From Macrostomum lignano (Eukaryota), in contig NIVC01000592.1 of NCBI GenBank assembly GCA_002269645.1, positions 186,001-250,000 of the forward strand: DNA of 64,000 bases, in the 5' to 3' direction. The notes under the pieces were generated by a model. The model did not search any database, was not told the DNA's origin, and saw only the letters and a list, made by a program, of their open reading frames with translations. This document shows positions 47,901 through 59,949 of the stretch, piece after piece (position 1 is the stretch's first letter; every line of letters starts with the position of its first letter). A program made the translations under genes and the position numbers.

Positions 47901-50900
47901 CCTCCGATCTCATCCCCTCCGATCTCATCCCCTCCGATCTCATCCCCTCCCATCTCATCCCCTCCCATCTCATCCCCTCCCATCTCATCCCCTCCCATCT
48001 CATCCCCTCCCATCTCATCCCCTCCGATCTCATCCCCTCCCATCTCATCCCCTCCCATCTCATCCCCTCCCATCTCATCCCCTCCCATCTCATCCCCTCC
48101 GATCTCATCCCCTCCCATCTCATCCCCTCCGATCTCATCCCCTCCCATCTCATCCCCTCCCATCTCATTCCCTCCGATCTCATCCCCTCCCATCTCATCC
48201 CCTCCCATCTCATCCCTTCCATCTCATCCCCTCCCATCTCATCCCCTCCCATCTCATCCCCTCTTATCTCATCCCCTCCCATCTCATCCCCTCCCATCTC
48301 ATCCCCTCTTATCTCATCCCCTCCCATCTCATCCCCTCCCATCTCATCCCCTCCCATCTCGTCCCCTCCGATCTCATCCCCTCCCATCTCATCCCTCCCA
48401 TCTCTTTCTCACTTCACCCCTTCTCCCTATCTCTCCCCTACTCTGACTCTCCCATCTTACTAAAAGTAGTCAGTTCATGGTTAAACCCAGCCCTGCCGCC
48501 AACCCCACCCCAGGAGGAGACCCTGTTCGTGCACAACCCGGAGCTCATCACCTCCATGCTATTTGTGGAGGCCATGGACAACAACGAGGCCGTGTACATC
48601 ATGGGCTACGAGCCGTTCAGCCAGTCCGACGGCTACGGGCTGAAAATGAAATTCACCGGACAGGTGCGCGAATCGCTCCAGCCGGACGAAGCCGGCATTC
48701 TGCCGCGCCGCCTCGTCTCCATGGACGCCGTGCCGTACCGCGGCTTCCCCGCTGAGCAGTACGTTAAGCAGAACCTGCTGCGCGACACCAACAAGGCTTA
48801 TGTGGCATTTCGGCAGTCTTATAAACAGGTGAGAGTTTTGGCCTTTATAATGAACCCGCTTGCTCATTATATACGATATCCCACACCCCATGTACATATG
48901 ACTCTCCCCCACCCCATTGACATATGCCTCTCCCCCACCCCATGTACATATGCTTCTCCTCCACCCCATGTACATATGCTTCTCCTCCACCCCATGTACA
49001 GATGCCTCTCCCCCACCTCATGTACATATGCCTCTCCTCCACCCCATGTACATATGCCTCTCCCCCACCCCATGTACATATGCCTCTCCCCCACCCCAGT
49101 GTACATATGCCTCTCCCCCACCCCATGTACATATGCCTCTCCCCCACCCCATGTACATATGCCTCCCCCCACCCCATGTACATATGCCTCCCCCCACCCC
49201 ATGTACATATGCCTCTCCCACCCCATGTACATATGCCTCTCCCCACCCCATGTACATATGCCTCCCCCACCCCATGTACATATGCCTCCCCCCCCCATGT
49301 ACATATGCCTCTCCCCACCCCATGTACATATGCCTCTCCCCCATCCCATGTACATATGCCTCTCCCCCACCCCATGTACATATGCCTCTCCCCCACCCCA
49401 GTGTACATATGCCTCTCCCCCACCCCAGTGTACATTTGCCCTACATATTGAATAAATTGCGGCATGCCTCAATGAGACTCTGAGCCTGTCCTCATGGCGT
49501 TGAATGACTGGCTTTACAAACGATTGCTCTGTTTCACAACAAATAATAAAGCGATTTTTTGCAGTCATTAATTGAAAAGCAGTGAACGACGTTCAGTCAT
49601 TATCTAAACTACTCAGTAAGTAGTAAGTTTGCTATGCAAAAGAGCAGCGTATATTTTTATGTGGATTTTCTCGTTTTTCGACGTTATTTTTTGCTCTTGT
49701 ACTCGCTTTTAGTTCCAGCATGTCTGTCTGTCTATTATTTCAATTTCATTTTTTAGTCTTTATTTCTAACAGTGCTTCCTGGAGTGAAAGTCCAGAGTGC
49801 TACTTGGAGTGACAGTTCAGACTGTTACTTGGAGTGACAGTCCAGAGTGCTACTTGGAGTGAAAGTCCAGAGTGCTACTTGGAGTGACAGTCCAGAGTGC
49901 TACTTGGAGTGACAGTTCAGACTGCTACTTGGAGTGATAGTTCAGACTGCTACTTGGAGTGATAGTTCAGAGTGCTACGGAGAGTGAAAGTCCAGAGTGC
50001 TACTTGGAGTGACAGTCCAGAGTGCTACTTGGAGTGACAGTCCAGAGTGCTACTTGGAGTGACAGTCCAGAGTGCTACTTGGAGTGACAGTCCAGAGTGC
50101 TACTTGGAGTGACAGTCCAGAGTGCTACTTGGAGTGACAGTCCAGAATGCTACGGGGAGTGACAGTCCAGAATGCTACGGGGAGTGACAGTCCAGAGTGT
50201 TACGGGGAGTGAAAGTCCAGAATGCTACTTGGAGTGAAAGTCCAGAATGCTACTTGGAGTGACAGTCCAGAATGCTACGGGGAGTGACAGTCCAGAGTGT
50301 TACGGGGAGTGACAGTCCAGAGTGCTGCGGGGAGTGACAGTCCAGAGTGCTACGGGGAGTGACAGTCCAGAATGCTACGGGGAGTGACAGTCCAGAGTGC
50401 TACTTGGAGTGCCCCAGGAGTGACCGTGGTGTGCAGATCAGCTTCCGAGCAGTTGCCCCCCACCTTGCTCTTCATCCCGCTTCAGTGTCCCGAGCTGGCT
50501 GCCAGCGCGCCCCGCGGCGTTGTCACGGGCAACTGGGGCTGCGGCGCCTTCGGCGGCGACCCTCAGCTGAAGTCTCTGCTGCAGTGGCTGGTGGCCTCCC
50601 AGCTGGAGCTGCCGGTGCTGCAGTATCACAAATTTTCCGATTCTCGGGTTGACCGGGTAAGTGCAAATTTATGACTGGTTAAATAGATTTCGAAACATAT
50701 CGGCATTTAGTAGCAGCAGTAGAAGTTCTCATTTCTAGTTAGTAGCATAAATAGAGTTTTTCGTTATAATTATCTAATCTTACAAAATGAAAGCATCGGA
50801 TTTCCATCCCCGTTCAACCGCGGCAGCTGGAGGAGGTGTCCGAGAAGCTGCAGTCGGCCAAGTGCACAGTCGGACAGCTGTGGAAGCGCATCCTGGATTA

Positions 50901-50982
50901 TTGCAAGATCGCCTCGAAAGAGTTCGAGAAGACAGACTCGCTGCAGACCGAGCTGTTCGCCCACCTGCTCAAGACTGCTTAG
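44977..50982 (+). CDS. PARG: Poly(ADP-ribose) glycohydrolase, catalytic-domain-only form, 6 exons, ~465 aa
   Basis: Exons 44977-45310, 45935-46079, 46163-46439, 48514-48828, 50486-50656, 50827-50982 (phases 1,2,0,0,0). GGG-x7-QEE signature split by an intron ([11 protein letters not shown]|[11 protein letters not shown]), plus [10 protein letters not shown] and [12 protein letters not shown]. Confidence 0.93.
45325..45880. repeat. ~32-bp TTACAG-rich array, PARG intron 1
   Basis: TGTGTTACAGCCTGTGCTTACAGACTGGACAG variants. Confidence 0.95.
46455..48400. repeat. 15-bp array (TCATCCCCTCCCATC)n, PARG intron 3
   Basis: ~130 units. Confidence 0.98.
48870..49440. repeat. ~25-bp array (CCCCACCCCATGTACATATGCCTCT)n, PARG intron 4
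   Basis: Direct reading. Confidence 0.95.
49778..50412. repeat. 25-bp array (GGAGTGACAGTCCAGAGTGCTACTT)n, PARG intron 4
   Basis: Direct reading. Confidence 0.95.
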
Positions 50983-51131
50983 GCGCTTGTTGAGGCCTCC
51001 AGTTGCCGTGACCCCCTCTCAGTTTTAGCTCCGAGGGTCTCCACCGACCTACTGATAGTAGAGCAGACAGAAAGTCTTTGAAACTTTATAAATCAGTTCG
51101 AGCACATTTCTGTAGAAGTTTCTAGCGATCA

Positions 51132-51156
51132 TCCCTGGCCAGGAATCGAACCCGGG
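51132..51156 (-). other. tRNA-like 3' half (T-arm/B-box + acceptor strand), probable SINE or tRNA relic
   Basis: Minus strand CCCGGGTTCGATTCCTGGCCAGGGA resembles the 3' end of eukaryotic tRNA-Glu; no matching 5' half. Confidence 0.4.
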
Positions 51157-51819
51157 ACGCCAAATTACACTCTTTGCATACCCCAGCTGTTTTATGCCTC
51201 CCTGTAGGCTGTGTCTTTTTTAAAACTTTTTTACTCATTGAAATTTTATTCTTTTCGAGTTTTTCCCATTTTAAGGTGCCCAGTTTTGCTCAAACACAAT
51301 TTGGCATGTTCTGCCTTTGCTGCTTGTTGCTAACCGCCTTGTCGTGTGTAAAAATTGGCCTTTTTAATTATCGGAAAGAAACCGATCTCGCCGCCCCATT
51401 GCTTCTCCCATTGTTTTGATGTTTTTTGCGGAATTCGAACCAAATTCCGCGTCTTAGTACTGTGCAGTTCGTATTGAAATTTTGCACAGTTTAACCGAGT
51501 TTTACTCTTAGCAACCGGCTTTTTCTAGCTAACCCTTTTTTCCTGTGTTCTATTCAGAGCCTCTGACTTAACCATTCGCGAATTTTTTAAAGACGCCGTC
51601 CGTCCCAGTCACTTCTGTTTTGTGCGGCTGTTTGGTGTCCGCTTATTTCAGATTGGCTTTTCCATAAATATAAACTGAGCTGCCCGCTTCTGGTCATCAT
51701 CAGCTGATCATAAGGAGCTGCTGGTCTGGCAGATTCACTTGAAACATTTTGCCTGCCTTAATTGTTACTTTTTTTCTATGATATATGGAGTTCCTGTGTT
51801 TCTGTAAGGGCATCAGTTC

Positions 51820-53335
51820 TGTGAATGCATCGATTCTGTGAAAACAGTGATTGTGTGAATGTATCGGTTGTGTGAATGCATCGGTTGTGTGAATGCTTCG
51901 ATTCTGTGAATACTGTGATTGTGTGAATCTATCGATTCTGTGAATGCATCGATTCTGTGAATGCATCGATTCTGTGAATGCATCGATTCTGTGAATGCAT
52001 CGATTCTGTGAATGCATCGATTCTGTGAATGCATCGATTTTGTAAATGCATCAATTCTGTGAATGCATCGATTCTGTGAATACAGTGCTTGTGTGAATGC
52101 ATAGATTCTGTGAATACAGTGCTTGTGTGAATGCATAGATTCTGTGAATTAATCGATTGTTTGAATGCGGTAATTTTCTGATTACATTGATTCTGTGACT
52201 ACCAGTGATTCTGTGAATTCATCGATTCTGTGGTTTTTTTAATGCATCGTCTCTGTGAATATAGTGGTTTGTGAATGCATAATTCTGTGAATTCATCGAC
52301 TTTGTGAATATAGTGGTTTGTGAATGCATAATTCTGTGAATTCATCGACTTTGTGAATATAGTGGTTTGTGAATGCATAATTCTGTGAATTCATCGACTT
52401 TGTGAATATAGTGGTTTGTGAATGCATAATTCTGTGAATTCATCGACTTTGTGAATATAGTGGTTTGTGAATGCATAAACTCTGTGAATTCATCGACTTT
52501 GTGAATATAGTGGTTTGTGAATGCATAATTCTGTGAATTCATCGACTTTGTGAATATAGTGGTTTGTGAATGCATAATTCTGTGAATTCATCGACTTTGT
52601 GAATATAGTGGTTTGTGAATGCATAAACTCTGTGAATTCATCGACTTTGTGAATATAGTGGTTCTGCGATTGAATTATTTCTGTGAATATAGAAGTTCTG
52701 CGATTGAATTAATTCTGTGAATATAGAAGTTCTGCGATTAAATTAATTCTGTGAATATAGAAGTTCTGCGATTGAATTAATTCTGTGAATATAGTAGTTC
52801 TGCGATTGAATTAATTCTGTGAATATAGAAGTTCTGCGATTGAATTAATTCTGTGAGTATAGAAGTTCTGCGATTGAATTAATTCTGTGAATATAGTAGT
52901 TCTGCGATTGAATTAATTCTGTGAGTATAGAAGTTCTGCGATTGAATTAATTCTGTGAATATAGTAGTTCTGCGATTGAATTAATTCTGTGAATATAGTT
53001 CTGCGATTGAATTAATTCTGTGAATATAGTAGTTCTGCGATTGAATTAATTCTGTGAATATAGTAGTTCTGCGATTGAATTAATTCTGTGAATATAGTTC
53101 TGCGATTGAATTAATTCTGTGAATATAGTGGTTCTGCGATTGAATTAATTCTGTGAATATAGAAGTTCTGCGATTGAATTAATTCTGTGAATATAGTTCT
53201 GCGATTGAATTAATTCTGTGAATATAGTAGTTCTGCGATTGAATTAATTCTGTGAATATAGAAGTTCTGTGATTGAATTTATTCTGTGAATATAGTGGTT
53301 CTGTGAATTCACTGATTCTGTGAATGCATCAACTT
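51820..53335. repeat. Compound array: 17-bp, 49-bp and 34-bp domains sharing a TGTGAAT core
   Basis: Direct reading. Confidence 0.95.
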
Positions 53336-53682
53336 TCACAGTATCAAAATTTTCAAATGGACTATAGTTTTGCAAACACAATTGTTCTGTGAATGCAGTA
53401 GCTTGGTGAATGGGTTAAATAAAAAGATAAGTGAAAAGCAATTAATATATGTGATACAAAGCTTTTTTGCAATACCTCTATTTCAAGAATTAATTTGTCA
53501 ATTATCAAAGACCGCCAGGTCTGTCTCTGCCGTCTATGGCATGCAGACCCTGAGCAGATGAATTAGGCTAAACTGTGATCTTGGTCAGTTGTTTATAGCA
53601 CTTAACTCAAATCGATGTGAGATCTTGACCGGATCGGCACCAAGATCAAACAAATAGCAGCTCAAGTCGTTTTTGCAAAGCA

Positions 53683-56026
53683 ATGCAAGCACCTGGCTTC
53701 AGTCGCACTGCGGCCGTGTCTGCAGCCGCCAGCACCGACCTGGTGAGCACGGCTGAACAGCCCACTGGCACCTCGGTTGAGGCCGCCTTCCAGCAGCAGC
53801 CAAAGTCTGCGTCAGCAGCACCGCAACAACCGCCGCAGTTGGCGTTGAGTGCCTCGTCTTCATCGGCGTGCCGTCAGGCCAACTGGCTAGTGGGCGTCGA
53901 GCCGCAGGATATCCGGTTTCCGGTGAGGAATGAGGGGTGCTGGCTGAGGGGTTGTCAGAGAGAGGAATGAGGGGTGCTGGCTGAGGGGTTGTCAGAGAGA
54001 GGAATGAGGGGTGCTGGCTGAGGGGTTGTCAGAGAGAGGAATGAGGGGTGCTGGCTGAGGGGTTGTCGGAGAGAGGAATGAGGGGTTGCCGGAGAGAGGA
54101 ATGAGGGGTTGGCGGAGAGAGAAATTAAGTTTAGATTACGGAAATCAGACTAGAAATTTATAACCCTTAGGGCTCTTAAAAATTAATTAGATATTTTACC
54201 TTGGCATATTTGAACTCTACGATCCACACATGTCTCATGTAGCTACATGTAAGCTAAAAATACTTGCTTAGTACTCATCACCCTACTTTCCAGGTGAACA
54301 TCGCCCAGGTAGCCTTCACCGCCACCTACTTTGCCGCGCTTACCTCCGACCGCCGCAAAGTCTACGTCAACCGCCGGCAGCCTGGCGCCGCCGGCAACTG
54401 CAAGCGACGCGCCATCGACTTCCCGGCGGCCGATCGGCGGCCAGTCAGCCTGGTTTCCTTCGACCACCGCGATGTGCTCTGCGTGGTCCTGCGCAGCCGA
54501 GTCGAATTCCACTGCCTGGCCAGCGGCACCCGGGTCGGCGCGTACGAGACCCCGACAGCCGAGGTCGTCGCCGCCGCGTCCAGGCACGGCCGGTCGCCGC
54601 TCGGTGCTCTCTGGTGCTCCTTCGGGGGCAGCGGCAGCTCCTCGCGCAAGTCAGCCTCCTCCGAGGCCGCCTTCACCGTGTGGACGGACCGGACAGACGC
54701 ACCGAAGCGGGCGCTGCTGCTCGGACAGTCAGTGGCCGGCAGGGCGGAGAGGTTCCTCCGCTTCCACTGGACCTCTGAGGACGCCGTGCTGCTCGTGTCT
54801 CGGCTGGCCGGCTCGGGCTCCAGCCAGGTGCGGCTTCTGTAGATCTCTTTTGAGTTCTGTAGATCTTTTTTGGGTTCTGTATATCTTTTTTGGGTTCTGT
54901 AGATCTCTATTGGGTTCTGTAGATCTCTTTTGGGTTCTGCAGATCTCTTTTGGGTTCTGTAGATCTCTATTGGGTTCTGTAGATCTCTATTGGGTTCTGT
55001 AGATCTCTATTCGATTCTATAGATCTATATTCGGTTCTGTAGATCTCTATTGGGCTCTGTAGATCTTTAATGGGCTCTGTAGATCTCTATTTGGTTCTGT
55101 AGATCCCTATTGTGTTCTGTAGATCTCTATTGGGTTACGTAGATCTCTACTGGGTTTTATAGATCTCTATTGGGTTACGTAAATATCTACTGGGTTTTGT
55201 AGATCTCTATTAGATTCTATAGATCTATATTCGGGTCTGTAGATCTCTATTGGGCTCTGTAGATCTCTATTGGGTTCTGTAGATCTCGGTGGGCTCTTGA
55301 AAATTGATATCAGGATTCCGAGAGGTTTCCTTGCTCGCCATTAGATCTTGCTGTTTAGGGTTCACTAGACCATTTGTATAGAGCCTGTAGATCTTGTTCT
55401 CTAGACCAACCAGTAGCAAGCAGCGAACCGCTCCCAGAACCCCCCTCTCCCACCGGTCGCAGCGCCAGCAGCAGCAGGCGGAGCCGCAGCCGCTCATCTT
55501 CAGCGCCTTCGACACGGCCGGGCGGCGCCCAATGCAGCGGCTCTGCCGGCGCAGCGTCCACTCGGCCCGCCAGTTCTGCCTGTCCCCAGACGGCTCCCTC
55601 CTGCTGCTCAGCGGCGGCTCCCGCCACCAGCTGCTTGAAGCCGCCACGCTGCGGCCGCTGCTGACCCTGCCCCGCCGGCAGTCCTCGCCGCTGCCCATTG
55701 CCGTCACCAACGCCGGCGACCTGCTGCTGCTGCGACCGCAGCCGCCGGCCTGCCTGGAGATTCACCGTCGCGGCGTCGGCCTCGGGCCGCCGAAGAGCTT
55801 CGAGCTGGCCGGCCTCCTGCTTGGCGGCGGCGGCGGCGTCGGCGGAACCGCCAGCGGCGAGTTTCGCCTCTACGCCATCGGCGACTTCGCCGCGCTGCTG
55901 GTCTTCGAGCGGGGCGCCCGGGCGACTGGCGCTGACGACGCCACAGCGGGCACCGGCGGAGGCGGCGGTGGCGACTGCGTAGACGGCCGAAGGACCAGCA
56001 ACTCGGAGCTGCCGCACTCGCAGTCG

Positions 56027-56063
<37 letters not shown>

Positions 56064-56981
56064 GCCTCTGCCTGGTGGCCCTGGTGGATCTCAATGGTGA
56101 GCTGAAGCTTCTAGAAGAGAGTGAAGATGACTGCGTCTGTGACTGATTGGTCCGTACGGGGTCATTTCCTATTAGCCGGTATAGGTCTCTTTCTACCTGA
56201 TTGGTCAGCACGTGTCGCTTTCTGATTGGTCAGCACATGTCGCTTTCTGATTGGTCAGCACATGTCGCTTTCTGATTGGTCAGCACATGTCGCTTTCTGA
56301 TTGGTCAGCACATGTCACCGTTTGATTGGTCAGCACGTGTCGCCTTCTGATTGGTCAGCACATGTCGCCTTCTGATTGGTCACCATATGTCGCTTTCTGA
56401 TTGGTCAGCACATGTCGCTTTCTGATTGGTCAGCACATGTCGCCTTCTGATTGGTCAGCACATGTCGCCTTCTGATTGGTCACCATATGTCGCTTTCTGA
56501 TTGGTCAGCACATGTCGCTTTCTGATTGGTCAGCACATATTGCTTTCTGATTGGTCTGTCTAGGCCGGTTTTATTGGTCCGTACAGGTCTCTATCTGATC
56601 AGTGAGCAAAGTTTGAGCTCTCTAATTGGTCTGTGCACAAATTGCGCTCACCCTCCGCCAGGCAATTTGCTCATGCGAGCCGAGTGGCCCAGGGCCCGCG
56701 TGCAGCTCGTCTCCGACGACCTTCTGGTGTACCTGCGCCGCATGTCCCTCCGGCCGTTCTCGGCTGCCCACGCCTGCATCTTCGACTTCAACGCGCCGCT
56801 GGTCAGGCGCTCCTGCTGGGCTGCTGGCGGCGACTCGCTGAACCCGCCGGCCGCCGTCGCCGCCTCCTCCTCCGGCGGCGGCAAGCACGAGGCGAAGTCG
56901 GGAGCGGCTCGAAATGCGACAGCGCTGGACGCCAACGGAACCGCCATCGTCTTGGCGCCGAATTTGCCAACCAGCGAGTGA
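53683..56981 (+). CDS. Uncharacterised protein, probably beta-propeller-like, 4 exons, ~590 aa
   Basis: Exons 53683-53922, 54294-54827, 55424(or 55421/55391)-56096, 56662-56981 (phases 0,0,1). GC-rich codons, good splice sites, beta-strand-rich segments (VYVN, SLVSF, FCLSPDGSLLLL, FRLYAIG). No family recognised. Confidence 0.7.
53925..54122. repeat. ~37-bp G-rich array, orphan gene intron 1
   Basis: GAGGAATGAGGGGTGCTGGCTGAGGGGTTGTCAGAGA; starts at the donor. Confidence 0.9.
54835..55285. repeat. 20-bp array (GGGTTCTGTAGATCTCTATT)n, orphan gene intron 2
   Basis: Direct reading. Confidence 0.95.
56200..56560. repeat. 25-bp array (GATTGGTCAGCACATGTCGCTTTCT)n, orphan gene intron 3
   Basis: Direct reading. 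Confidence 0.95.
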
Positions 56982-57379
56982 CAGGCGAGTGACTAGCGAG
57001 TGACAGGCGAGTGACAAAGTGATCAAATGTACTTTAGTGCCGAAGCAGTCGAGTAAATAATTTACACTTCCTTATTTTTTACCGCTTCGTGATTTATAGC
57101 AAGAGACTGTCACACAGGCTTCTCTGAAGCGCGTCAATTTCGTTATTTTTCTGTCCTAAACCTTATCGTATGGGCCTGGAATTGCGCCAATTTTTTATTA
57201 CCTATTGTGAAACACCTACGCGAACTCTTAATTGACGTTTCCGGCACTGCAGTAAACCCGAATTTATATTGCACCATCGTTTAATCAATTTTTGGCTTTC
57301 TGTTTTATTGCGTTTTTTCGTTAATTAACTGAAGAAAATGAGCAATTTGATAATTAGACAGGTGCAATTGTAAATTTGT

Positions 57380-58302
57380 CGCCGAAGTCACGTGACAAGC
57401 AAGTCTAGTAAATGTAGACCAAAGCAAATGTACATTAGTCTCCGAAGTCACGTGACAAGCAAGTCTAGTAAATGTAGACCAAAGCAAATGTACATTAGTC
57501 TCCGAAGTCACTCGATAAGCTAGTCTAGTAAATGTAGACCAAAGCAAATGTACATTAGTCTCCGAAGTCACGTGACAAGCAAGTCTAGTAAATGTAGACC
57601 AAAGCAAATGTACATTAGTCTCCGAAGTCACGTGACAAGCAAGTCTAGTAAATGTAGACCAAAGCAAATGTACATTAGTCTCCGAAGTCACGTGACAAGC
57701 AAGTCTAGTAAATGTAGACCAAAGCAAATGTACATTAGTCTCCGAAGTCACTCGATAAGCTAGTCTAGTAAATGTAGACCAAAGCAAATGTACATTAGTC
57801 TCCGAAGTCACGTGATAAGCAAGTCTAGTAAATGTAGACCAAAGCAAATGTACATTAGTCTCCGAAGTCACTCGATAAGCTAGTCTAGTAAATGTAGACC
57901 AAAGCAAATGTATATTAGTCTCCGAAGTCACGTGACAAGCAAGTCTAGTAAATGTAGACCAAAGCAAGTGTACATTAGTCTCCGAAGTCACTCGATAAGC
58001 TAGTCTAGTAAATGTAGACCAAAGCAAATGTACATTAGTCTCCGAAGTCACGTGACAAGCAAGTCTAGTAAATGTAGACCAAAGCAAATGTACATTAGTC
58101 TCCGAAGTCACGTGACAAGCAAGTCTAGTAAATGTAGACCAAAGCAAATGTACATTAGTCTCCGAAGTCACTCGATAAGCAAGTCTAGTAAATGTAGACC
58201 AAAGCAAATGTACATTAGTCTCCGAAGTCACTCGATAAGCAAGTCTAGTAAATGTAGACCAAAGCAAATGTACATTAGTCTCCGAAGTCACGTGATAAGC
58301 TA
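57380..58302. repeat. 60-bp array x16, two variant classes
   Basis: CCGAAGTCACGTGACAAGCAAGTCTAGTAAATGTAGACCAAAGCAAATGTACATTAGTCT. Confidence 0.97.
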
Positions 58303-59134
58303 GCCTGCCCGACTGAAGTTGAGTGGGGCACAAAATAAAAAACCAGGTATCCTTGAAAATTCATGGAAAGTTTGTTTGGATGAGCCGTCGAAAAATAGTG
58401 GTTTTCATATTTTTCAATATATTTGACCAGAAAACAACAACAATAACATAGAAGGGTATATTGTAGTCGTAGGTTCTGAGATGACCAGAGAAAAAACAAG
58501 ACAAAGATGAGTGGTGATAAATAAATTTTACCAGCCGTTCGCATTCAGCGCTACTCATTAAAATGAATAGTAGTCAGAAAAGATTATAAAATCCGATTTC
58601 AAAATGTACTTATTTGTTATGAAACCTGGTTAATGTCAGTTCAAACACCGCAAAACATCCCAAAAATTATCAAACTTAAAAAAACAATTATTGCACATTA
58701 TTATTAACAAAACTGTTAAGATAAAAAAAGGAAAAATGACTTAGTAATTAGAATTTCAGATATTCGCTGCTTTAGTTCATTCAGCTGAAAAAAATATAAA
58801 CTGACAAAACACAACATGCTACTGTTTTATGGCCGATGTAAGTAGAATCCAAAGCAAATTATGCTCAGAATTTTGTCGAGGGCACAAAAATGAATATATA
58901 ATATTTCTGGAGAAAGATTTTTCAGAGAGAACTGTCAAATATCAACTGACGGACGAGTTTGGATAGAAAGGGGGTGAGTGCGGCGTCACGGATACAGGAA
59001 ACCAAGGATAAACCAATTGCCACCAGTAATAAAAGGAGCTGCTACACTTCACAACCTCCAATATATTGATAAATGTGGCGCACCCGCTTTAATTAAAGGC
59101 AGTGCAGTTTGAGGGCTACAGATTGCGAACAAAA

Positions 59135-59645
59135 CTGCTACCCTATCTACCCTATGGCTACCTTATCTACCCTATGGCTACCCTATCTACCCTATGGCTA
59201 CCCTATGGCTACCCTATGGCTACCCTATGGCTACCCTATCTACCCTATGGCTACCCTATCTACCCTATGGCTACCCTATCTACCCTAGGACTATCCTATC
59301 TACCCTAGGACTATCCTATCTACCCTAGGACTATCCTATCTACCCTAGGGCTACCCTATCTACCCTATGGCTACCTTATCTACCCTATGGCTACCCTATC
59401 TACCCTATGGCTACCCTATGGCTACCCTATGGCTACCCTATGGCTACCCTATCTACCCTATGGCTACCCTATCTACCCTATGGCTACCCTATCTACCCTA
59501 GGACTATCCTATCTACCCTAGGACTATCCTATCTACCCTAGGACTATCCTATCTACCCTAGGGCTACCCTATCTACCCTAGGGCTACCCTATCTACCCTA
59601 GGGCTACCCTATCTACCTATGACTAACTATCTACTCTAGGGCTAC
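59135..59645. repeat. CTACCCTATGG/CTACCCTATC mosaic array with higher-order duplication
   Basis: Direct reading. Confidence 0.93.
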
Positions 59646-59949
59646 CCTAACCGAGACTGCTCCTAGGGTTACCTTACCCAAAGCCGCTACCCTATCGCAG
59701 AATCGTACTAACCGCAGCCGACTGTGCTTAACTTGCGAGCCAGCCGAGCCATAAGTGTATACACAGCAAATCCTTTTACCACTGCGCGGCTCCTTGAACA
59801 CGACAACAAATTGTATTGCAAAGTAGAAATATAGTTTATCAATAACACAATTCGTGCTCAAACATAAACAAAGCGAATTACGAGTTGCTCAGGTCTCCCT
59901 TATCAGCTTCCGAAATTCTCTTTCCAACAGGATCAGCCTTGCCCTCTCC

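Noticed and set aside
46104-48463. Long ORFs up to 757 aa in the PARG region
   Set aside because: Read-through of the 15-bp intronic array; only the flanking exons are coding.
37007-50982. Functional link between periphilin-like and PARG genes (TASOR has a pseudo-PARP domain)
   Set aside because: Neighbourhood in an animal genome is weak evidence, ZnT6 lies between them, and nothing in the sequence supports co-function.
53683-56981. Assignment of the orphan gene to RMC1/WD40 families
   Set aside because: No diagnostic motif matched on inspection.
57305-58333. 60-bp periodic array as a CRISPR array or repeat protein
   Set aside because: No unique spacers, eukaryotic context, no cas genes; the ORF is a by-product of a unit length divisible by 3.
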